From an uncultured virus (IMG/VR IMGVR_UViG_3300042992_002627) (Duplodnaviria; Heunggongvirae; Uroviricota; Caudoviricetes), in the IMG/VR virus record IMGVR_UViG_3300042992_002627: a stretch of 20,000 bases of DNA; one strand, 5' to 3'. The position numbers were made by a program, and so were the translations under genes. The notes beneath the pieces are model-generated. The model was not told the DNA's origin. It did not search any database and saw only the letters and a program-made list of their open reading frames with translations. Numbering within the stretch: position 1 is the first letter of the stretch; every line of letters starts with the position of its first letter. This document shows positions 1-6,652 of the stretch, piece after piece.

Positions 1-2
1 TT

Positions 3-239
3 TTAATTTTTGCAAAGCAAGGGATTCAAGGATTTACCACTGATGATGGTGATATTGTTGAACCTAAAACAAAAGAGGAAGTGCTAGAAGATATAGAATT
101 GATTGATGATTTGTTGTCAATTATGAAATCAAAAATGCTCTTAAATAAGAAAAAAGGGTTAAAAGCCGTAATAGATGGACGATTAGCGTTAGCAGTTGCC
201 CCCGATTCAGTTAGAATAGGTGGTACGAATCATTTTTAA
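3..239 (+). CDS. Partial hypothetical protein (5'-truncated by the window edge); gene of cassette-like unit A
   Basis: Hand-translated open frame LIFAKQGIQGFTTDDGDIVEPK...SVRIGGTNHF* ending at TAA 237-239, 10 nt before the AAC of the first site core (250-252). Not in the ORF track. Confidence 0.65.
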   Translation, partial: LIFAKQGIQGFTTDDGDIVEPKTKEEVLEDIELIDDLLSIMKSKMLLNKKKGLKAVIDGRLALAVAPDSVRIGGTNHF

Positions 240-243
240 AATG

Positions 244-280
244 TTTGCCAACGGTTCTCGGCTATATTTAGGCTGGGATT
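244..280. repeat. attC-like site 1, left arm only (degenerate or chimeric)
   Basis: TTTGCCAAC-GGTTCT-CGGCTATATTTAGGCTGGGATT follows a stop codon, as at sites 2 and 3. It is followed by the loop motif AACTTTAAATTAAAACAAAATG shared with site 3. No complementary right arm found. Confidence 0.55.
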
Positions 281-309
281 ATGAAAACGAAACTTTAAAT
301 TAAAACAAA

Positions 310-639
310 ATGAAAGTAGAAATTACAAAAATTATGCAAAGTACCGAAATACTAAACGAAATTAAAAATCAATTAGAACAATTAGAGCATAAAGGCTATG
401 ATAAAAATAGTTTTAAAAGCGGTTACCTTTTAGGATATGCCAAAGCGTTGCAATTGCAACAACCTGATGTTATAAAATCGGTTTGCGGTTCGTTGCCGAT
501 TTCAAAGGTGGTTTTCTTTGAGTTGAAAAAAGGGAAATACCTTGCAAGTAATGGGGTTGAAGTAACAACGGAATTTATACTAAAAAACGAACACGCTATA
601 TTTCACGATAATGGTTATGTGATTGTCGAAAGGCAATGA
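310..639 (+). CDS. Hypothetical protein, probably composite (cassette-like unit B)
   Basis: 109-aa ORF with an A-rich leader. It reads through a right-arm-like sequence (LQQPDVIKS, compare LPQTAVSKS in unit D), with GTT cores at 469 and 481 as in-frame Val codons. Confidence 0.6.
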   Translation: MKVEITKIMQSTEILNEIKNQLEQLEHKGYDKNSFKSGYLLGYAKALQLQQPDVIKSVCGSLPISKVVFFELKKGKYLASNGVEVTTEFILKNEHAIFHDNGYVIVERQ

Positions 640-771
640 CCGCTAACGTTGAGCATATACGAAGGCAGGGCTTTTAAATACCAAAGCTCGGTTACTTCCG
701 AAAGCTCAATAGAAATACAAAAGTTGAAAGTTTGCACGTCTGCCCTGCTTTTGTATATGCATTGTTGGCAG
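640..771. repeat. attC-like recombination hairpin (site 2)
   Basis: GCTAAC (642-647), GTTGA, then arm GCATATACGAAGGCAGGGC (653-671), 70-nt loop, arm GCCCTGCTTTTGTATATGC (742-760), ATT, GTTGGC (764-769). 17/19 Watson-Crick pairs plus 2 G.T pairs on the + strand. Confidence 0.8.
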
Positions 772-807
772 TAGTGCTTTTTATTTACAAACAAAAATTA
801 AACAAAT

Positions 808-1227
808 ATGAAAATAGTAAAAATATTATTAGACGATGGAACAAGTAGAGAAGTAGGAGAAATTAAACCTTTATCTCACTTTGAAGAAAAATACCCTGAA
901 AATAATAAATGGTATTGGCAAAGGTGTTACGAAAGACAATTCAATAATTTTGAAGATGATATTATTGAATTTCTAAATGAAAGTAATGTTGAAGAATACG
1001 CAAAAGACCACTTAAATTTAGTTGAAGAAGACGATGTGGAAGAAAAAGATATTTCTGATTTTACTGATGCTGAAATTTTAGAAGAAATGAAAGATAGAAA
1101 ATTAAATAAAGGAGGGAATATAATTACTTCTAGTTTTATTGAAAGATTTGAAAACATTGTAAAAGCAGAAAACATTATTTTATTAGACAATTTACTTTCT
1201 GAATTAGAAACTAAACTCAATCTTTAG
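808..1227 (+). CDS. Acidic hypothetical protein (cassette-like unit C)
   Basis: 139-aa, Glu/Asp-rich ORF with an A-rich leader, flanked by inverted repeats at 764-777 and 1239-1252. Confidence 0.75.
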   Translation: MKIVKILLDDGTSREVGEIKPLSHFEEKYPENNKWYWQRCYERQFNNFEDDIIEFLNESNVEEYAKDHLNLVEEDDVEEKDISDFTDAEILEEMKDRKLNKGGNIITSSFIERFENIVKAENIILLDNLLSELETKLNL

Positions 1228-1245
1228 CGACTCCAACGGCATTAC

Positions 1246-1382
1246 TGCCAACGTTCCGCAGCTTGTGGTCAGTTGCGGATTTAAGCACCGAGCCACAAAA
1301 AAATAAACAATAACTTTAAATTTAAAAACAATGAATAAAAATAATTCCAAAGACCCGCAATTGCCACAAACTGCTGTTAGCA
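1246..1382. repeat. attC-like recombination hairpin (site 3), overlapping the start of the YopX gene
   Basis: GCCAAC (1247-1252), GTTCC, then arm GCAGCTTGTGGTCAGTTGCGG (1258-1278), 76-nt loop, arm CCGCAATTGCCACAAACTGC (1355-1374), T, GTTAGC (1376-1381). One bulged T, one G.T and one C.A mismatch. Confidence 0.8.
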
Positions 1383-1771
1383 AATCGGCTTTAAAATTTG
1401 AATACGGATTTAATTCTGTGAATGGAATTGTAAAAAAGAGGTACTATTTAAGCGAAATACCGTTTATGCACGATAAATGCGATGTTTGGCAAATCTTACC
1501 AGTTGTTTATGTTAGGCAATTTACTGGATTTACAGACAAAAAAGAAGTTGAAATTTATCAAGGCGATATTTGTAAATACCATAAAAATACAAGTAAATGG
1601 TTAGTATCATATCATTTTGAAGTAAGGTTTAGAAATGGTGCTTTTTATGCTTATTGGGAACGTGAAATGATGGGAAAATTAGAGCAACATTGGGATTTAC
1701 TTTCTCAAAAAGATATGCGAAATATTAGAGTGGTTTCAGATATTTTTCAATCAGCGCAAACTACGTCATAA
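1331..1771 (+). CDS. YopX-family phage protein (cassette-like unit D)
   Basis: Motif RQFTGFTDKKEVEIYQGDI...FEVRFRNGAF...IRVVSDIFQ matches the YopX pattern (QxTGLxDKNGxEIYEGDI...EVIGNIYE). Confidence 0.8.
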   Translation: MNKNNSKDPQLPQTAVSKSALKFEYGFNSVNGIVKKRYYLSEIPFMHDKCDVWQILPVVYVRQFTGFTDKKEVEIYQGDICKYHKNTSKWLVSYHFEVRFRNGAFYAYWEREMMGKLEQHWDLLSQKDMRNIRVVSDIFQSAQTTS

Positions 1772-1836
1772 GCTGTTTGCTAACTACTATATGTAAAAAC
1801 CATTTATAAACCTTAACAAAATAAACACTACACGCC
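1770..1836. other. Candidate attI-like primary recombination site
   Basis: TTTGCTAAC core (AAC at 1782-1784) is not followed by a hairpin arm and lies 52 nt upstream of the integrase ATG. On the minus strand it reads ...TATAGTAG|TTAGCAAAC, pointing away from the integrase like attI. Confidence 0.55.
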
Positions 1837-2640
1837 ATGAACATCGGAAAGTACCTCGAAATGTATTCCGACGATTTAAAGTTAAAAAACTATTCGTCAA
1901 ACACAATTGAAAATTACAAATCACAAGTGGGATTATTTTTAAAACACTTTGATAAAGTAGCAACCAAGCCATCTGAGATATCAGAAAAACAAATAAAAGA
2001 ATGGTTGCTGATGGCCAACTCAATTAACGGCAGAAAACACAGAATATCTGCCGTGAAATTGTTTTACAAACTAACAGGAAAACAGCCTTTGAAGTTCCGT
2101 CACATTGAATATCCGCGGTCCGAAAAGAAGTTACCACAAATAATTGACAAAACCTATCTATTGGAATCAATCAATAAAATACAAAACAAAAAACACAAAG
2201 CCATCATTGCTTTGGCATACTCAACCGGAATGCGAGTTTCCGAAGTATGTAATTTGTTGATTGCCGATATCGACAGCAAACGAATGATTATTACCATCCG
2301 ACAATCAAAAGGGAAAAAAGACCGCATTGTGGCATTGTCATCAAAAATACTTGAAATACTTCGCGAGTACTTCAAAGAATACAAGCCAAAAACATTTTTA
2401 TTCAACGGTCAATTTGGTGATCAGTATTCACACACGAGCTGCAACCAAATAGTAAAACAATATTTAGGAAAAGAATTTCACTTTCATCAGCTCCGGCACT
2501 CAAATGCGACAGCACTTTTAGAAGCGGGAACCGATTTGCGAATCATACAAAAACACCTGGGCCACGCGTCTAGTAAAACAACAGAAATCTACACCCACGT
2601 CAGCACCAATTTATTACAATCAATGGCATTACCAATTTAA
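1837..2640 (+). CDS. Tyrosine recombinase, integron-integrase-like / XerD-like with N-terminal SAM-like domain
   Basis: N-terminal LKLKNYSSNTIENY. Catalytic motifs: YSTGMRVSEV (R), QSKGKKDR (K), HQLRHS (HxxR), LGH, TEIYTHV (Y). 267 aa. Confidence 0.93.
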   Translation: MNIGKYLEMYSDDLKLKNYSSNTIENYKSQVGLFLKHFDKVATKPSEISEKQIKEWLLMANSINGRKHRISAVKLFYKLTGKQPLKFRHIEYPRSEKKLPQIIDKTYLLESINKIQNKKHKAIIALAYSTGMRVSEVCNLLIADIDSKRMIITIRQSKGKKDRIVALSSKILEILREYFKEYKPKTFLFNGQFGDQYSHTSCNQIVKQYLGKEFHFHQLRHSNATALLEAGTDLRIIQKHLGHASSKTTEIYTHVSTNLLQSMALPI

Positions 2641-2650
2641 AAACTCAAAG

Positions 2651-2884
2651 ATGAAAATCTTCTTCACCTCCTTTTTTCAAATCGGCTTAGTAGCAATCAA
2701 TACCTACATGATCACGCAATTAATATGGCTCGGAATCTTTATAGTTTCATTTTTAATATCGCTATTGTGGTGTTTCAATGTGTCAAAAATATCCGTATCA
2801 ACCAGGGCAGCCAAATTAATCTACGCAACCGGTGCAGGAACCGGAGCTGTAACCGGACTTTTAATCTTAAAACTATTTATTTAA
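2651..2884 (+). CDS. Small membrane protein
   Basis: 77 aa with about three hydrophobic segments, starting 10 nt after the integrase stop. Confidence 0.7.
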   Translation: MKIFFTSFFQIGLVAINTYMITQLIWLGIFIVSFLISLLWCFNVSKISVSTRAAKLIYATGAGTGAVTGLLILKLFI

Positions 2885-2898
2885 CTAAAAATAAAGTC

Positions 2899-3021
2899 AT
2901 GCCAGAAACTGAAAAAGACAACTTGATCAAAAATCTTTACAAGTGTATCGAAGAACAAAAAGCGACAATAGAAATGCTTTACAAAGAAATAGATTTATTA
3001 AAAAAACCGACTAAAAAATGA
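2899..3021 (+). CDS. Small coiled-coil hypothetical protein (40 aa)
   Basis: MPETEKDNLIKNLYKCIEEQKATIEMLYKEIDLLKKPTKK. ATG 2899 follows an A-rich leader and is a better start than 2725, which would overlap the upstream gene. Confidence 0.5.
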   Translation: MPETEKDNLIKNLYKCIEEQKATIEMLYKEIDLLKKPTKK

Positions 3022-3072
3022 AACCATATTGTTGATGTCAACAAAAAGGTTTTTAACTAAAAAACAAAAACA

Positions 3073-3336
3073 ATGAACCCAAAACAATTTGCACAAACAT
3101 CCCACCGCATTGCTGTATTATCGGCATTGTTGGTTGAATCGTTGGAAGATATCAATGCATCATCCGCTGCAGCTTTAGATTTAAAGCAAAAAGCCAAAGA
3201 AATCATTCCGCATTGTGAAAGAATGCTCGAAGAAGTTTACACCGCCAAAAACATCACTTCCGGCACCTACTTTAACGAGCTTTCAAATAAAGTAGATACC
3301 GTAATCCGTAAAAATTTTGAAATAATAACGATGTAA
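3073..3336 (+). CDS. Hypothetical phage protein
   Basis: 87-aa ORF with an A-rich leader, tightly packed with the next gene. Confidence 0.7.
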   Translation: MNPKQFAQTSHRIAVLSALLVESLEDINASSAAALDLKQKAKEIIPHCERMLEEVYTAKNITSGTYFNELSNKVDTVIRKNFEIITM

Positions 3337-3338
3337 CC

Positions 3339-3731
3339 ATGAAAAAACACACCTTCGAAACCTATCAAAAAAAAATAATTGATTCAAACATCAAAAACCT
3401 TGAACACGAGCCAATTGTAAAACTTTGTTATGTTTTTTATTGTTTCATCACTGAAATTTATGAAAATTATATTGAAGATTGCGGAATCCCGTATTCTCCC
3501 AGCAGTGTAAATCGCGAATATTGCGAAAAGGTACTTAGTGTTTACCGAACATTATTTAATCGAATTCCTTCTTTAAACCAGGATCAATTGAACTGCTTTA
3601 TTCTTAGTATAAACGGTAATGATTTTAGTTATTACCAAGCACTTATGAATGTTAGATATAAAATTGAAGATGCTGAAAGATTTAAACCCGAAAACTTCGA
3701 CTTGTTTCACGATCAATTTAAAGCTTACTAA
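3339..3731 (+). CDS. Hypothetical phage protein
   Basis: 130-aa ORF starting 2 nt after the previous stop. Confidence 0.65.
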   Translation: MKKHTFETYQKKIIDSNIKNLEHEPIVKLCYVFYCFITEIYENYIEDCGIPYSPSSVNREYCEKVLSVYRTLFNRIPSLNQDQLNCFILSINGNDFSYYQALMNVRYKIEDAERFKPENFDLFHDQFKAY

Positions 3732-3732
3732 A

Positions 3733-3972
3733 ATGAGCCTTTTAAAACTACTTAACGAAGCAAAAAAACTCTACAGCGAAACCCGTGGAGCTGCATTTGT
3801 CATCACCGGTTCCAACTGTGGTGAATATTGGTTCTTAAAAATGCCTTCCATTGGTGAAACCTTTGAAAGTGTGCATTTAGAAACCGTATTGGAAGATTAT
3901 ATTGACCTGGTACTTAACAACCGTGTCAAAGTGGCGAAAAGAAAAAACACAACAAAAGAATTCCGACTATAA
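3733..3972 (+). CDS. Hypothetical phage protein
   Basis: Likely start is ATG 3733 (MSLLKLL...), 1 nt after the upstream stop. The ORF ends immediately before the terL ATG. Confidence 0.65.
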   Translation: MSLLKLLNEAKKLYSETRGAAFVITGSNCGEYWFLKMPSIGETFESVHLETVLEDYIDLVLNNRVKVAKRKNTTKEFRL

Positions 3973-5688
3973 ATGCAACCAGCCCAATCCCAACTCGAAT
4001 CAATCCCTTTTCAATATGCAGCCGCCGTTCGTTCCGGTGAAATTACTGTTGGAAAAAAAATAAAACTTGCTGTCGAGCGGTTTTATCAATGGATAGAAAC
4101 CGCTGAAGCCGATGGTTATCACCTCGATCATGCAACTGGCATGTTTGCAGTTACGTTCTTTGAAAACTTCCTGAACCATACCGAAGGAAAAATGGCGGGA
4201 AAACCGTTTGTGTTGGCACCATTTCAGCAATTTACCATTTACAACGTGTTCGGGTGGAAAGATGCCACCGGCAAACGCCGAATCAAAACCATTTACGACA
4301 AACGAGCCAAGAAAAACGGAAAAACGGCTGAAATGGCAGGTGTGGCATTATATTGCATGTCGTTTGATGAAGAAATCAAAGCTCAGGTGTTTATTGGGGC
4401 CACAAAAGAAGAACAGGCACGCCTTTGTTGGAATGCGGCCAAAGATTTCATTGATTCCTTTGTGGCAAACACTCGTTTAAAGCAATTGGGCTTTCGGACC
4501 ATGCAAAACAAGGTGATTTTCGAACCTACCAACAGTTTTCTTCGTCCGTTGGGTGGCGATAGTAAAACCCAGGATGGAATTAACAGCCATTTATCGATAA
4601 TTGATGAATATCACGCTCATGCAACCGATGGCGTGAAAGAAAACCTTGAATCATCAGCAGTTCAACGCTTGCAACCTTTAACTTGGCACATCACAACAGC
4701 CGGAACTAACATTGCATCGGTGTGTAAAAATTATGAAGATTCGGTTATTGAAGTGTTGGAAGGCCGAAAAAAAGACGACCGCCTTTGGATTATGATCCAT
4801 GATTTAGATGAAGATGACGATTGGAACGATGAAAGTAAATGGATAAAAGCCAATCCATTATTAAACCAAGGACTTTCAATCGACAATATTCGCGATGAAT
4901 ACCTTAAATGTGTCAATCAACCTTCTAAAATTCCGAATTTCAAAACCAAACATCTAAACATGTGGGTCGATGCTCCAAAAATTTGGATTCCAACCGAAAT
5001 ATGGCAAAAAAATAAAATTTCCGAAATACCGTTATCTAAGTTCCAAAAACATGGAAGCTATGCAGCTCTCGATTTGTCAACCACTACAGATTTAACAGCA
5101 TTTGCTATACTTTCCGAACCCGATGAACACGAAAAGCGATATTTAAAAGTATTACTGTTTTGTCCTGAAAAAACAATCGAAAGACGAAGCAAAGAAGACC
5201 GTGTTCCTTACAAATATTGGGCAGATGCAGGTTTTATCATTGCAACACCCGGTGATGTTGTAGATCATGCCGTTGTAGAAGATAGAATTCGCATTGAATA
5301 CCACAAACATGCAGTAAAACGCATCGAAATAGATCGCTATTTGGCAACAAATATCACATCAAATTTACAAGAAGAAGGTTTTGAAGTGGCCTATTTTACA
5401 CAAACAATTACAAATTATTCGTTTCCAACCAAAGAATTTGAACGCCTTGTTTACTTAAATAAAATAATTCACGACGGTAATCCCGTTTTAGAATGGATGC
5501 TTTCCGGGTGTGTGGTGATTTCCGACACAAACGAAAACATCCGAATATCAAAATCACGTTCACACGCAGGAGGTAAGAGAATCGATGGAATAATAGCTTC
5601 AATCATGGCATTAGGCGGTTCGTTATCACCAAAAGAAGAAAAATCAAAATACGAAAAACCAATGGATGAATCCGAAATCTATATATAA
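3973..5688 (+). CDS. terL: Terminase large subunit (Terminase_1-like)
   Basis: Adenine-binding LAPFQQF, Walker A AKKNGKT, Walker B SIIDEYH, coupling motif ITTAG, RNase H-like ALDLS, and C-terminal RIDGIIA. Confidence 0.96.
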   Translation: MQPAQSQLESIPFQYAAAVRSGEITVGKKIKLAVERFYQWIETAEADGYHLDHATGMFAVTFFENFLNHTEGKMAGKPFVLAPFQQFTIYNVFGWKDATGKRRIKTIYDKRAKKNGKTAEMAGVALYCMSFDEEIKAQVFIGATKEEQARLCWNAAKDFIDSFVANTRLKQLGFRTMQNKVIFEPTNSFLRPLGGDSKTQDGINSHLSIIDEYHAHATDGVKENLESSAVQRLQPLTWHITTAGTNIASVCKNYEDSVIEVLEGRKKDDRLWIMIHDLDEDDDWNDESKWIKANPLLNQGLSIDNIRDEYLKCVNQPSKIPNFKTKHLNMWVDAPKIWIPTEIWQKNKISEIPLSKFQKHGSYAALDLSTTTDLTAFAILSEPDEHEKRYLKVLLFCPEKTIERRSKEDRVPYKYWADAGFIIATPGDVVDHAVVEDRIRIEYHKHAVKRIEIDRYLATNITSNLQEEGFEVAYFTQTITNYSFPTKEFERLVYLNKIIHDGNPVLEWMLSGCVVISDTNENIRISKSRSHAGGKRIDGIIASIMALGGSLSPKEEKSKYEKPMDESEIYI

Positions 5689-5707
5689 CATAAAAACATT
5701 ATTAACT

Positions 5708-5953
5708 ATGACAAAGCTGGAAATCGAACAAAAAAAAATCATCGAAAAACAACAACATAAAATAAATCTAATGCGAAAGCTGGCAACATCATCTGGTTTT
5801 TTTGAGTATTATTTTTCAATCTTAAAAAAGTTTAAAACACAGTGTAGTTGTTTTCATGAAGTGAATGACATGTATTTTAATTTTTTTGGTGAATACAAAT
5901 ATTCCGATTACAACAGTTTTAGAAATACATTAAAAAGACAATATAAAAAATGA
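5708..5953 (+). CDS. Hypothetical phage protein (basic, aromatic-rich)
   Basis: Probable start ATG 5708 (MTKLEIEQ...) after an A-rich leader. ATGA overlap with the next gene. Confidence 0.65.
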   Translation: MTKLEIEQKKIIEKQQHKINLMRKLATSSGFFEYYFSILKKFKTQCSCFHEVNDMYFNFFGEYKYSDYNSFRNTLKRQYKK

Positions 5954-6141
5954 AAAACCCTAACCTTATTTCCTTTCTGGTGTTGCTTGCCGGAATTGCC
6001 TTGCTCATGGTCACATCCATGCTTTTAGAGCTCGATTTCTTTAACCGTAAAATAGTGCGACAAATAATTGTGTACTTCATAATGCTTTTCGAAGCTTATG
6101 TAATGTTTCGAATTTTAAAAAACATTAATCAAAATAATTAA
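5950..6141 (+). CDS. Small two-TM membrane protein
   Basis: 63 aa with two hydrophobic stretches separated by a basic loop. Confidence 0.65.
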   Translation: MKNPNLISFLVLLAGIALLMVTSMLLELDFFNRKIVRQIIVYFIMLFEAYVMFRILKNINQNN

Positions 6142-6161
6142 AAAACTAAAAAATTAAACCA

Positions 6162-6500
6162 ATGAAAACAATATACATTTCCGGCAAAATAACCGGCATT
6201 GAAGAAGAAGCCTTCCAATTATTTCAACAAATAGAAACAGTGCTATTTATAAAAGGCTACACACCTGTTAACCCAATGAAGTTACAACACAATAACCACG
6301 ATCAAAGTTGGCATTCCTACATGAAAACCGACATCAAAGCGTTATGCGATTGCGATGAAATATTTATGCTCACCAATTGGGCCGATAGTAAAGGAGCAAT
6401 CATCGAGCATACCATTGCAATGTTTTTGGGTTTAAAAGTAACCTACCAGCAAAACCATCAAGTTAAAACAGCAGTACCAACCAAAACTATAAGTGTATAA
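6162..6500 (+). CDS. DUF4406-family protein (nucleoside deoxyribosyltransferase-like fold)
   Basis: Signature IYISGKITG...NP...W..YM..DI..L..CD.I.ML..W..SKGA..E. Confidence 0.88.
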   Translation: MKTIYISGKITGIEEEAFQLFQQIETVLFIKGYTPVNPMKLQHNNHDQSWHSYMKTDIKALCDCDEIFMLTNWADSKGAIIEHTIAMFLGLKVTYQQNHQVKTAVPTKTISV

Positions 6501-6576
6501 ATAACACCTAAGCAAAAAGCCAAAGCAACTAATTTAAAAAGTTCAATTACAAATTGTTTCATTTGTAAATATAAAA

Positions 6577-6627
6577 AAAAAAGGAAACATAGTTGCACAA
6601 TCACCTTAAATTCCTGTTCTACTTTTG
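6577..6627 (+). promoter_or_regulatory. Putative late promoter upstream of the portal gene
   Basis: AAAAAAGGAAACATAGTTGCACAA, then 19 nt, then TACTTTTG (6620-6627), which fits the Bacteroidota -7 consensus TAnnTTTG. The box recurs at 13406-13429. Confidence 0.65.
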
Positions 6628-6652
6628 AAGTAATTTAAAATAAAAAGTAGTA

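Noticed and set aside
640..1382. Hairpins as rho-independent terminators
   Set aside because: Loops are 70-76 nt, there is no U-tract directly after the stem, one hairpin contains a start codon, and both are bounded by AAC/GTT cores.
244..1784. CRISPR array or simple direct-repeat interpretation of the recurring elements
   Set aside because: The elements share structure and short cores but not sequence, and the intervening segments are 400-600 bp genes rather than 30-40 bp spacers. No cas genes are present.
764..1784. Invertible-segment (shufflon) or MITE interpretation of the inverted unit ends
   Set aside because: All genes share one orientation, each unit has different terminal repeats, and there are no target-site duplications or transposase. 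Inversion is not formally excluded, but excision/integration fits better.
1844..1871. Imperfect inverted repeat TCGGAAAGTAC...GTATTCCGA at the start of the integrase gene
   Set aside because: Short, gapped and within coding sequence; cannot be distinguished from chance.
2725..2898. N-terminal extension of ORF 2725-3021; likewise 3649-3732, 5666-5707 and nested ORF 4208-4480
   Set aside because: They overlap upstream genes out of frame, and better starts with A-rich leaders exist downstream. ORF 4208-4480 lies wholly inside terL.
2651..6141. Holin calls for the small membrane proteins at 2651-2884 and 5950-6141
   Set aside because: No adjacent endolysin and no family motif; hydrophobicity alone is insufficient.
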